Shown piece by piece: positions 18,776-27,724 of a stretch of 64,000 nt of DNA. The stretch lies in contig OZ241889.1 of NCBI GenBank assembly GCA_965203355.1, positions 256,001-320,000 of the forward strand, given 5' to 3'. Every line of letters begins with the position of its first letter. Position 1 is the stretch's first letter. A program made the position numbers and the translations under genes. This stretch comes from Candidatus Latescibacterota bacterium. Its GTDB lineage: Bacteria > Latescibacterota > UBA2968 > UBA8231. The notes below the pieces were generated by a model that saw nothing but the letters and a program-made list of their open reading frames with translations, did no database searches and had not been told where the DNA came from.

Positions 18776-20198
18776 CGTAGCGCTCCAGACGCGCCAGCGC
18801 CTCGCCGCTATCCAGCGCCTCCCGCGCTTCGGCCAACCCCTCTTCCGCACTCGCACTTAGACCCAGATAGTAGTCGGTCAGGCCAGCGTTGAGTACTATG
18901 CGATCGCAAACAGGCCCGGGTTCGCCCTTGAGGGCCGCCACGCCCATAGCGGCAAAAGCCTGCGCACTCACCTCCGCCGGACGCGGACTTTGCTCGTAGC
19001 GAAAGCCGTAAGCCGCCGGATCCACATCGCAGCTAACCATCTCCCGCTGGCTCCCAACCCGGCGGAATCCCTGCACGTAATTGATCGCCTTGCGCCGAGC
19101 GTCCGAGGGCTTGCCCAATCGCAACCCATAGTGGCTGCTCCCCTCCTCGCCCTTGATCACCAACCCCGCGTCCAAGCCGCGTTCCTGCATCAGCCCCAAC
19201 AGTTTGTCCTCGTAGCCGGTGTGGTAAAAGCCCGCGACCATGCCGTTCCAAGCCGCGCCGGAAAACAACTGCTGTGCCTTCTCGGTGGTGGCCCAAGGCG
19301 GACGCTTGGCAATGTGGGTACGCAAATGGCGCAACGCGTACGCACGGGGAGCGTACTCGCGCTGACTCACATACGCGAACCCAATGGACGGGTCTTCAAT
19401 GCAGCGGGCCGCTGTCGCCAGCGGCAGATCGACCCGCGCCCCCAAGGCCGCTAGCACCCCCTCCTCGGTGACTCCGCGCTTGGGCGGCATTTCGGCGACG
19501 CTGTGCAGCACAGTCGCCCGGCCCAAGGCCGCGCGCACGGCCGCAACGAAAAGCGTCGGGCGAAAATAGCGGGCGGCGCCGTCAAAAGGCTGGCCAAAAT
19601 GCAGCAGCGAATCGACTTGGACCCGTGGCGATTCTTCCGGGCGATGCACCGCGTCGAGATGAGCGCGAACTTCTTCTTCATTTTCGATGTTCATCCGCTG
19701 GCCGATCAAGAACGCGGCCATCAGCGAGGGGCGCACTTGGCCTGCTAGCATGGCTTCGAGCGCACCGCGCACTTCTTCGTAGCGCAAGTGCCCACCCTGC
19801 AAAACCGGGCGCAGGGCCGCAACCACCTGCGCTTCACCCGCGTCGCAAGCCGCGAAATCAGGTGCTATCCCCAATAGGAAGCGCAAATCCTCGGGCATCT
19901 GCGCCAGCGCATCTCCGTAGCGGTCAAACGCCTCGATCTCGGCTGCGCTCCAACCGGTCTGTGCGCCGAAGGTGCGGCGGATGGACATGGCCGCGAAAAA
20001 CGAGCCCATCTGGGCCGGGGAAACCTGCTCTGCGCCAGGTAAGGCCCCCTTGAGGGAGGCAAAAATCAGCTCCAGAATCCGCTTAGGGTCTGGGTCGCCT
20101 TCTTTTTTGCCCAGCGGGCGACTCTGATGCGGCCCAGTACAGACGCGCACCTGCGCGTCCAACACTTCCTCGTTGGGGCCGGGATAGGGGTCGGGCAT
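18750..20198 (-). CDS. Anthranilate phosphoribosyltransferase-like (glycosyltransferase family 3, YbiB-like) protein
   Basis: AAFLIGQRM, FDGAARYF, LRTHIAKRPPWATTEK, IKGEEG and AREALDSGEA. Lacks the canonical TrpD GTGGD motif. Confidence 0.75.
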   Translation of the reverse strand: MPDPYPGPNEEVLDAQVRVCTGPHQSRPLGKKEGDPDPKRILELIFASLKGALPGAEQVSPAQMGSFFAAMSIRRTFGAQTGWSAAEIEAFDRYGDALAQMPEDLRFLLGIAPDFAACDAGEAQVVAALRPVLQGGHLRYEEVRGALEAMLAGQVRPSLMAAFLIGQRMNIENEEEVRAHLDAVHRPEESPRVQVDSLLHFGQPFDGAARYFRPTLFVAAVRAALGRATVLHSVAEMPPKRGVTEEGVLAALGARVDLPLATAARCIEDPSIGFAYVSQREYAPRAYALRHLRTHIAKRPPWATTEKAQQLFSGAAWNGMVAGFYHTGYEDKLLGLMQERGLDAGLVIKGEEGSSHYGLRLGKPSDARRKAINYVQGFRRVGSQREMVSCDVDPAAYGFRYEQSPRPAEVSAQAFAAMGVAALKGEPGPVCDRIVLNAGLTDYYLGLSASAEEGLAEAREALDSGEALARLERYVNQSQAAR

Positions 20199-20257
20199 GG
20201 GTTTTTAGGCTCCTGTCCGAGTCGAGCAATTCAACGCAGGCATTCGGGAATCGGCAA

Positions 20258-20316
20258 TCTTGGAAATTATTCCATGCCATATATGCGATATATAGCCGTC
20301 TTGGAAATTATTCCAT
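20258..20316. promoter_or_regulatory. Twin palindromic operator-like sites TCTTGGAAATTATTCCAT (core TGGAA-N4-TTCCA)
   Basis: Perfect 18-bp direct repeat at 20258-20275 and 20299-20316, 41 bp apart, in an AT-rich divergent intergenic region. Confidence 0.65.
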
Positions 20317-20411
20317 ATATTTTTTGAGAGAAAGCCCGCTATACAACTTTTGGCGATTAGCATTCCGATCTGCAAAGACAACATTTTTCTTTCATAAAAA
20401 GAGAGACGCCC

Positions 20412-20618
20412 ATGAGTCTTATGCGATTTATCCGGTTGGCGTTGCACAGTCCCAAGGTTACAACTCGCACCGAGGAGGACAAACGCCTAGCCGACCGACG
20501 CATCGTTAGTCGCCTATCGAATGGCAATATTCGCTTGCAGCGCGGCGAGTACGTCACGCGAGAAGACATCGAGGAACAATATGAGCGTGTCAAGTCCTTC
20601 AACTTCGACGGAGAATGA
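20412..20618 (+). CDS. Small hypothetical protein (68 aa)
   Basis: ATG preceded by a purine-rich GAGAGA; charged, protein-like composition; overlaps the next ORF. Confidence 0.55.
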   Translation: MSLMRFIRLALHSPKVTTRTEEDKRLADRRIVSRLSNGNIRLQRGEYVTREDIEEQYERVKSFNFDGE

Positions 20619-21201
20619 TGCTCCTTATCGCATTGGCGACCTTCGCGCCCGATACGATACCGCAGATAAATTCGCACGCGAGGTCGCCGAGTTTCGATTC
20701 GAGATACCGATTCCCGCGTACAACGAGCTTCGATACGCAGGCTACCACCTTCTACAATCACTAGACGACAGCGGAGCCATTTCCAGCAACGAGCAATTAC
20801 GCAGAGCTATTTCTCATTGTGAAAGAGCGATGTACGAAGCCGCAGAGGCCGGCATAATCTCGGTGCTAGATTCGATAGATCAATTCCGAAAGGACTACAA
20901 GAATATCGTCGTCAAAGATGTCGTTGATAACTATGCCAGTATCGTCGTGCAGGCTCGAGATGCACAAGACCTACTCGCTCGTGGGCGGTCGGATCGACTA
21001 TCGTCGTCAGAGCGGGTTTCTTGTTACATGGAAACGTTTCGACAACTGCGTACCGCCAGCGCAACGCTCGAGGCTAGTCGCGACGATCTTAACGCCAAGC
21101 TATCCGAACAAGTAAGAGACAAAAGGCGATTCATTGTTCGCTGCCTGCTGATTCTGCTCGGAATTGCCGTTGCGGCAGCGGGTGTAGCGATCGGCGTGTA
21201 A
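20581..21201 (+). CDS. Hypothetical helical protein with C-terminal membrane anchor
   Basis: Long ORF with NELRYAGYHL and a C-terminal hydrophobic segment FIVRCLLILLGIAVAAAGVAIGV. Start uncertain (20521 or 20581). Confidence 0.7.
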   Translation: MSVSSPSTSTENDAPYRIGDLRARYDTADKFAREVAEFRFEIPIPAYNELRYAGYHLLQSLDDSGAISSNEQLRRAISHCERAMYEAAEAGIISVLDSIDQFRKDYKNIVVKDVVDNYASIVVQARDAQDLLARGRSDRLSSSERVSCYMETFRQLRTASATLEASRDDLNAKLSEQVRDKRRFIVRCLLILLGIAVAAAGVAIGV

Positions 21202-21285
21202 ATGGCCCTGAAGCCCGTGTTTTGAAACCGGCTGGCAGCCAACTTCCATCTCGAGCATCTACTCCCCCCTTACCCCTAGGAAATT

Positions 21286-21693
21286 ATGCGCTACTTGTCT
21301 TTTCTGTTTCCCATTGCAATCGCAGCTTGCGGCTCGCCTGAGCCAGTACCTCCGGCACTGCTCCACTACGTCGCGGCCCAAGAGGCTTTGGCCGCCGACG
21401 ATCTAGACCGAGCGCGCCAGGCCCTGCAAGACTTGGTGCAAAGCGCCAGCCCAACGCTCAAACCGCTGGCGGAAAAAGCCGCAAGGTCCGCCGATATTGC
21501 CGCAGTGCGCAGTGCGTTCAAGCCGCTGTCCGAACAAGTGCGAAAGGGTCAAATTCCCGAGGGCTACGTCGTGGCGTATTGCCCGATGGCCGACGAAAAT
21601 AAAGGGGCGCACTGGGTGCAGAAGGACCAGCCTCAAATCGCCAATCCATATTTCGGTGCTTCCATGCTCCGCTGCGGCGTCTTCAAGGAGTAG
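21286..21693 (+). CDS. DUF3347-like lipoprotein (putative metal binding)
   Basis: Lipobox IAAC and YCPMA...W...IANPYFGASMLRCG signature. Confidence 0.8.
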   Translation: MRYLSFLFPIAIAACGSPEPVPPALLHYVAAQEALAADDLDRARQALQDLVQSASPTLKPLAEKAARSADIAAVRSAFKPLSEQVRKGQIPEGYVVAYCPMADENKGAHWVQKDQPQIANPYFGASMLRCGVFKE

Positions 21694-21705
21694 CCCGGCC
21701 CGCAC

Positions 21706-22443
21706 ATGATCCGCGTAGAATCCGTCACCCGCCGCTACGGCGTTTTGACCGCCGTCGACGAGGTCAGCTTTGCCGTTGACCAAGGCGAAATCGTCGGCTT
21801 CGTCGGCCCTAATGGCGCTGGCAAGAGCACCATGCTCAAAATGCTCTCCACCTTTATCCACCCCACGGCCGGCACCATCGCCATCGACGGACTTGACGTG
21901 GTGAAACATTCGCTCGCCGTGCGCCGCCGCATTGGCTACCTTTCGGGCGACACCCCGCTCTATCAAGAAATGCGCGTTGATAAGTTCCTCCACTTCATCG
22001 CTCGGGCCCGCGGACTCGAAGGCGACGCCTTGCAACAGGGTCTGGCGCACGCGGTCGAACTCTGCGGGATCAAAGACGTACTCACCCAGCGCGTCAAGGA
22101 GTGCTCCACCGGGTTCCGCCAGCGCATCGGCCTAGCGACCGCCATGGTCCACGATCCGCCGGTCTTGCTCCTCGACGAGCCAACGCACGGCTTCGACCCC
22201 TTGCAGGTCCTAGCGTTCCGCGATACCTTGCGCGGCCTCAGCTCAGACCGGGCGATCCTCTTTAGCACCCACATCATCGGCGATATCGAAGCCATTGCCG
22301 ACCGCGTGTTGATCATCCACCAAGGGCGCCTGCTCGGCGATGGGCGCGTTGAACAGTTGGCCGACGACGCTGGCATTCCCGGGGCTGGTCTCGAAGCCGT
22401 CTTCGCCCACCTAGTCCGCACCACGACCCCGGCCCATGCCTGA
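21706..22443 (+). CDS. ABC transporter ATP-binding subunit, GldA-like
   Basis: GPNGAGKST, signature CSTGFRQR, LLLDEP and STH. Confidence 0.92.
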   Translation: MIRVESVTRRYGVLTAVDEVSFAVDQGEIVGFVGPNGAGKSTMLKMLSTFIHPTAGTIAIDGLDVVKHSLAVRRRIGYLSGDTPLYQEMRVDKFLHFIARARGLEGDALQQGLAHAVELCGIKDVLTQRVKECSTGFRQRIGLATAMVHDPPVLLLDEPTHGFDPLQVLAFRDTLRGLSSDRAILFSTHIIGDIEAIADRVLIIHQGRLLGDGRVEQLADDAGIPGAGLEAVFAHLVRTTTPAHA

Positions 22444-23203
22444 CGCGCAACGCCTTTCTACTGCCGAGTGCCTGCGCGGCGCCCGCATTGTCTTCGACCG
22501 CGAGCTAGAGGCATACTTCGACTCGCCTATTGCCTATGCGTACGCCGCGGTCTTCTTGGTGCTGTCTTGCACCACTTTTATGAACTCCTTTTTTCTCGAT
22601 GGGGTCGTCGATATGGGGCCGTACTTCACCGCGCTGCCCTTCCTGCTGATTCCCTTCGTCCCAGCTATCACCATGCGCGCTTGGGCCGAGGAACATGCCC
22701 AGCACACCTTTGAACTGCTGATGACCTTGCCGCTGCACTCCTTGCAGGTCGTGCTGGGCAAATATGTCGCGGCCCTCTGCTTCTACGCGATCGTCCTCGT
22801 TGGTAGCCTACCTATCGTGCTGATGCTCCTCTTCCTCGGCGATCCCGATCTCGGACGCATCTGCGCCAGCTATCTCGGCGCCCTGCTGTTGGGTGCTTTC
22901 TTCCTGTCCTTCGGCCTGTTTGCCTCCGGCCTGACTCGCGACCAAATCGTGGCCTTTGTGATCGCCGCGCTCTTCGGCTTCTTCTTCGTGCTCAGCGGGC
23001 ACGAGAAAGTAGTAGAGGTCCTCGACGGACTCGCGCCGGCCTATCAGCCGGGCACCTATCTGTACGAGACCATCTCGGTCTTGCCCCACTACGAGGCTTT
23101 TGGCCGCGGCGTAATCGCGCTCGCCGACCTGCTGTACTTCGCATTGATGAGCGGGTTTTTCGTCTCGATGAACTATCTCAGCCTCCAGCGGTCCAAGTAT
23201 TGA
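22436..23203 (+). CDS. ABC-2 permease, GldF-like
   Basis: RELEAYFDSPIAY, PAITMRAWAEE, FELLMTLP and VVLGKY; six hydrophobic segments. Confidence 0.9.
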   Translation: MPDAQRLSTAECLRGARIVFDRELEAYFDSPIAYAYAAVFLVLSCTTFMNSFFLDGVVDMGPYFTALPFLLIPFVPAITMRAWAEEHAQHTFELLMTLPLHSLQVVLGKYVAALCFYAIVLVGSLPIVLMLLFLGDPDLGRICASYLGALLLGAFFLSFGLFASGLTRDQIVAFVIAALFGFFFVLSGHEKVVEVLDGLAPAYQPGTYLYETISVLPHYEAFGRGVIALADLLYFALMSGFFVSMNYLSLQRSKY

Positions 23204-26200
23204 AGCGGCACTTCTTGCTCCAAATCGCGCTGGCTTTTGCGCTGCTGTTGGGCATCGTCGCGTACGCCAGTCGCCTCCTGAATCTGACGGGCAGTTGGAC
23301 GCTAGACCTAACCGGGGACGATATCGCCACGCTCTCGCCGACGACCCAGCACTACCTCCGCTCCTTAGACGCCCCGCTCTCCATCACCTACTTTGCCACC
23401 GCCCGCGAAAACACACCGGCGCACCTCAAAGAACTAGATCCCCAAGTCCGGCGCCTCCTGTCGGCTCTGCGCGATCAAGCACCCGACCGCATCGACTATC
23501 GAGTCATCGACCCCGATCAAAGCGGGCGCGCTGGCATCGGCTATGCCGCCAGCAAAGGGGCCTCCTCCTTCAGCGTACGGCGGGTGTTGCACGACGAGCA
23601 TTCCGAGCAAAAAATCTGGTCCTCGCTGGTCATCGCGCGCCCCGACGCACCCCAAGTGCTCGTCCAAAGCATCGAGCCAGAGCACCTGCCTTATCTAGAA
23701 GAGTATCTCATTGCCCAACTACAAGCCGGGCGCGCACCGCCGCAACCGACCTTTGGCGTCTCGGCACCGCCGCCCTTCCAACTGCTGGCGGCCTTTCTCA
23801 ACGAGGCCGGGCCCGTCGTCGAGCTAGACCTCAACAGCAATCCCATCATCCCCCCGGAAATCGACGTGCTGTTCTGGATCCAGCCAGAAGTCGCCACGCC
23901 CGAGCACGTGCGGCAGTTGCTTGCCTTCTTGGAATCTGGCCGTAGTGCCGTGCTCGCCGGCAGCACCTATCAGATCGGCTACGCCCCGCAAGAGGACCCC
24001 ATTTCCTATTGGATCCACCACGCGCCCCCGGCTTGGGGGCAACTGCTCCAGCCCTTTGGCATCCGGCCAGTGCCGGACCTGCTCGTCGATAAAAACACCG
24101 GGCCGATCATCCTCGACTCGGGCGAAGTCGTCGCACCTTTTCACCTGCGGGTGCTGCCGGCTTTTTACAATATGAAGAGCTTTGCCGCACCAGGTCGCGG
24201 CGGGCTTAACTTCGTCGCCGCCAGCGCACTTGAAGTCGATCCGCAGGCCGTACAAGCCAAGGGCTTCCACGCAGAAATCGTCGGCACCACCACCGAAAGT
24301 CCCCGCGTCTTGCCCCTGCCCACCGGCCCCTTCACCGACGCTGATTTAACCGGCGGTTTGCCCCTGCCCAAGCAAAATCTGCTGGTCTTGCTCAAGCCAG
24401 ACGATCCTTGGCAGGGGCAGCTATTCGTCTTGGCCAGCGCGTCGCCCTTTCAAGACGGCATCATCAACCAGCCCGGCTACGCCCATCGCGTCTTCCTGAA
24501 AAACCTCACCCGCACCTACGGCCAAGCCGAGCGCGTATTGCGGGGGCGCGTGGAAAAGGGCGGGCCGCAGCGGCTGGTCCCGCCCGGCGCCGGGGCGCGT
24601 TTCTTCTGGCGTTTCTTTGCTGTCTTTTTGGTACCGCTGGCGTTTGTAGGTCTCGGCGTTAGGCACTATCTGCGCTACGGCAACCCGAGCTGGCCGGCTG
24701 GTCGTTGGGGCCGACAACTCGGCCTCGCCTGCTTGGTCCTCCTCGTCGGTGCGCTCGTCTGGCGCGGCCGCGGCCCCTATCTCGACCTGACAGCCGATCG
24801 GCTCAACACCCCCTCGCCGCTTTTGGACCGTTTGTTACAGGGCACATCTTTGGCCGCCGAGTTGATCGCCACGCACCGGGCCTCCATGCCCCGACAACTC
24901 AAACGCGCCGAAGACCGCATCCGCACCTTGCTCGCCGACTGCAACATTCCCCTGCGAGTGATCCGGCCCGACGCGCTGACCCCAGATCAGCAGCAGGCAC
25001 TCGCGGCCGCCGGGCTGGTGCCCTTCCCCGCTGAAAGAGTCCTCAACGACACCCTCGCCACCCAATACATATGGAGCGGCCTGCGTCTGCTTGGCAATGG
25101 GCAGAGCATGGTCGTGCCGCGACTCGACCCATACACCCTGCCCCACTTCGAATTCCTCTTGGCCGCAGCCGCCCACAACTTGCAACAAGGGCGCAAGATG
25201 CGCGTGGCCGTCATCTCCGACTTACCGCGCCTCTCGCCGGCCGAAGCCCTCGAAGACTACCAGAAGAAGGGCCTCATCGCCCCGGGCGGCACCGACGTGT
25301 ACAGCGACTTAAAAGCCTTACTCGCCGACTATCTCTACGACGTTCACTACATCAACCCCCGCACACCGAGTATGCCCACAGACGTGGATGTCTTGTTGTG
25401 GATGCAGCCGCGCCGCGACTCGGGTCCGATCCTGCTGCTGCTGAGCCAGCACCTCGCACGAGGCGGCAAGGCCATTGTCGCCATGCAGCACTTCAACATC
25501 CAGCAGCGTCAGTACCGCGGAGCGGGCTTTCAGACCGTGTACTGGCCTCAGCCCCAGTTCCAGGACCTCGACCGTTACCTCCAGATCTTTGGCGTCGAAC
25601 AGATCCGCGAGGTGCTCTTCGACCGCACCCAGTCGCACCTCGACCTAGAGACCCAAGTCAACCGCACGGCCGTGCGCGAATACGACCCGCAAAAGGTCGC
25701 CCTGCCTTTCTTGATCCGCGCCGTCGGCCAGCACTACGACCTAGCCTCGGCGATCACCCGGCATCTCGGCGACTTGCTGTTTATCTGGGGGAATCGCTTT
25801 GCCCTGCGCCCGGCAGCGCTAGGCCGTGCGGGCATAACGGCCCGTACTCTGATAGCCACCTCGCCCCAAGCTTGGGCGTACCCCTGGCAGGGCGGTTGGC
25901 TACCGCCCGAGGTCTTCGCCCCGCAGACCTACCTGCCCGGCCCCCAACCCCTAGTCGTGTTGCTTACCGGACCTTTTCCCGAGGTCGCTTTTACCGAAAG
26001 TGAGGATGGACGCGCCGCGCTCCAGCCCGTAGGAGAACACCCCCAGCAGGCTGGTGCCCTACTCCTGATCGGCTCTTCGGAAATGTTCAAAAACGAGCAC
26101 CTGTTGGCCCCGGGCTTTCAGCACGATCAATTCCTGCTCAATGCCGTGGCGTACAACGCTTACGGCGAAGATCTAGCGACCGTACAGGCGCGGCGTCCAA

Positions 26201-26322
26201 CTCGGCGCGGCTTTCCCTTCCAGAGCGCCGAGGCCAAGCACCTATGGCGCGTGTTCGTGGTGGGCGCGGGACCGCTGCTGTTTTTGGGCTATGCCCTCTA
26301 TCGCCGCACGAGGCTAACGTGA
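23200..26322 (+). CDS. GldG-like ABC auxiliary protein with two tandem GldG modules
   Basis: Two homologous halves (TM-LDLT...SP...SITYF/ELIAT...IWSSL/IWSGL...DVLFWIQP/DVLLWMQP...TM). Confidence 0.8.
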   Translation: MKRHFLLQIALAFALLLGIVAYASRLLNLTGSWTLDLTGDDIATLSPTTQHYLRSLDAPLSITYFATARENTPAHLKELDPQVRRLLSALRDQAPDRIDYRVIDPDQSGRAGIGYAASKGASSFSVRRVLHDEHSEQKIWSSLVIARPDAPQVLVQSIEPEHLPYLEEYLIAQLQAGRAPPQPTFGVSAPPPFQLLAAFLNEAGPVVELDLNSNPIIPPEIDVLFWIQPEVATPEHVRQLLAFLESGRSAVLAGSTYQIGYAPQEDPISYWIHHAPPAWGQLLQPFGIRPVPDLLVDKNTGPIILDSGEVVAPFHLRVLPAFYNMKSFAAPGRGGLNFVAASALEVDPQAVQAKGFHAEIVGTTTESPRVLPLPTGPFTDADLTGGLPLPKQNLLVLLKPDDPWQGQLFVLASASPFQDGIINQPGYAHRVFLKNLTRTYGQAERVLRGRVEKGGPQRLVPPGAGARFFWRFFAVFLVPLAFVGLGVRHYLRYGNPSWPAGRWGRQLGLACLVLLVGALVWRGRGPYLDLTADRLNTPSPLLDRLLQGTSLAAELIATHRASMPRQLKRAEDRIRTLLADCNIPLRVIRPDALTPDQQQALAAAGLVPFPAERVLNDTLATQYIWSGLRLLGNGQSMVVPRLDPYTLPHFEFLLAAAAHNLQQGRKMRVAVISDLPRLSPAEALEDYQKKGLIAPGGTDVYSDLKALLADYLYDVHYINPRTPSMPTDVDVLLWMQPRRDSGPILLLLSQHLARGGKAIVAMQHFNIQQRQYRGAGFQTVYWPQPQFQDLDRYLQIFGVEQIREVLFDRTQSHLDLETQVNRTAVREYDPQKVALPFLIRAVGQHYDLASAITRHLGDLLFIWGNRFALRPAALGRAGITARTLIATSPQAWAYPWQGGWLPPEVFAPQTYLPGPQPLVVLLTGPFPEVAFTESEDGRAALQPVGEHPQQAGALLLIGSSEMFKNEHLLAPGFQHDQFLLNAVAYNAYGEDLATVQARRPTRRGFPFQSAEAKHLWRVFVVGAGPLLFLGYALYRRTRLT

Positions 26323-27326
26323 TCCGCTTGCTCGGTGTGCTGGGGGCCCTGTTGGTCCTGCTCATTCTCGGGGAGAGTGCGCTGCGCGGACACCAGCGCG
26401 ACGTGCGCCGCACGGCCGGGGCCTTGCGCCTCTTGACGCCCGAACCAAGCTCAGCCATTGCTCAGATCGAGATTCGCGCCGCCGGACGCCGCTGGCACTA
26501 TGTCCAGCGCGGGAACACTTGGCGTTTCCCAGCGTACCACCACGCCTTTGTCCTCAATCGCCGCGTCGATCACCTACTCCAAAGCCTGCTCGCGACCCCA
26601 GCTACCTTCGTCTCAGCCGAGCCTGGGGATTTGGCGCGCTATGGCCTCGGCCCAAGTAGCGTCCGCATCTATCTGCTCGACCAACAAGGGCGTCCCTTAC
26701 TGGAAGTGCTCCAAGGTCGCGGGGGGCCCGGGACCCGCGCCGGGGAATCGTATGTCCAGCGCGTTGGTGCCGACAGCATCTTTCACCTCCACGCCCACCC
26801 CGTCCACGCCCTCGACGCCGCCCTGCCCGCTCCCATGCTCGACCGCCGAGTCCTGCCCCAAGCCTTACAGCGCAAAGGCTTACGGCGCATCGCCTTCGCT
26901 GGCGACCCTTCCTACCCGGTGCAATCCATTGGCCGCCAGCTAAAGGCCGCAACGGCAGCGGGTCCCATAATGCCCACCCACGAGTGGATCGTCCTCTCGG
27001 CGGCGGGCCCGGAAACTTGCCTCTCCGCGAGTGCCGAAGCCTACGCCGACTTCCTCAAACGCCTGACGTGGTCGGCTCTGCACGATCCGAGCCGCACCGA
27101 TGCCTTTGCCCACGCCCACTACCTCTATCTCGAAGACGAAGAGGGCGCAATAGACACCCTCGCCATTGGCGCAGCCGACGACCGCGGCCGCTACCTCCGC
27201 CTCCACACCACTGGCCACGTCAGCTCCATAACGCCGACAAAAGCCCAACTCCTCTTTCCCACTCGCTCCGCTCTCCTCGACACGCTCCCCCAACCTTCAC
27301 CCTACCGCCAAGCCGAGCCGTTCTAG
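26319..27326 (+). CDS. DUF4340-like protein (fourth component of GldAFG-like systems)
   Basis: N-terminal TM anchor and DLARYGL...YVQR motif. GTG at 26319 overlaps the upstream stop. Confidence 0.7.
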   Translation: MIRLLGVLGALLVLLILGESALRGHQRDVRRTAGALRLLTPEPSSAIAQIEIRAAGRRWHYVQRGNTWRFPAYHHAFVLNRRVDHLLQSLLATPATFVSAEPGDLARYGLGPSSVRIYLLDQQGRPLLEVLQGRGGPGTRAGESYVQRVGADSIFHLHAHPVHALDAALPAPMLDRRVLPQALQRKGLRRIAFAGDPSYPVQSIGRQLKAATAAGPIMPTHEWIVLSAAGPETCLSASAEAYADFLKRLTWSALHDPSRTDAFAHAHYLYLEDEEGAIDTLAIGAADDRGRYLRLHTTGHVSSITPTKAQLLFPTRSALLDTLPQPSPYRQAEPF

Positions 27327-27371
27327 CCATCGATCATCTTGGCCTGAGCGTCGCCTAATCGCATTGGACTG

Positions 27372-27663
27372 TTAGAAGCGTTTTTAAAATTCCTCTTATG
27401 GCCCTTTGCGTTAAAAAAAGAACCTAGTAGCAATGGAGTCTCGCCCGCGGAAAACGCCCGACCTGAGAGCCGCTCGACGGCCTTTGCAGCGGTCGACGAG
27501 AATTTTAAAAACGCTTCTTAGAAGCCTTTTTATTATTGTTTTTAAGCCCCAAAAAAGCTTAGTAGTAATGGAATCTCGCCCTTGGAAAACGTCCGATCCA
27601 GGACCTTTTCGACGGCCAGTTGAAGGAGTCCAACGAGAATTTTAAAAAGGCTTCTTAGAAGCC
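27372..27663. mobile_element. Tandem pair of MITE-like elements with terminal inverted repeats and TTA junctions
   Basis: TTA|GAAGCGTTTTTAAAATTC...GAATTTTAAAAACGCTTC|TTA|GAAGCCTTTTTA...TAAAAAGGCTTC|TTA|GAAGCC. Copies at 27375-27517 and 27521-27654 have clearly homologous interiors. Confidence 0.75.
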
Positions 27664-27672
27664 AGACAGCAA

Positions 27673-27699
27673 AATGGGACCTCAAATTGAGGTCCCATT
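27673..27699 (-). terminator. Stem-loop downstream of surface protein gene 4 (probable intrinsic terminator)
   Basis: AATGGGACCTCAA-A-TTGAGGTCCCATT perfect inverted repeat, followed by a T-run on the minus strand. Confidence 0.7.
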
Positions 27700-27724
27700 C
27701 TACTAAACTGCTTTGCCGCGAATG

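Noticed and set aside
27372-27700. Possible mini-CRISPR array or ncRNA, and ORF 27433-27645
   Set aside because: The units are ~140 bp with homologous interiors and terminal inverted repeats rather than repeat-spacer structure, and no cas genes are present. A MITE explains it better, and the ORF spans the two copies.
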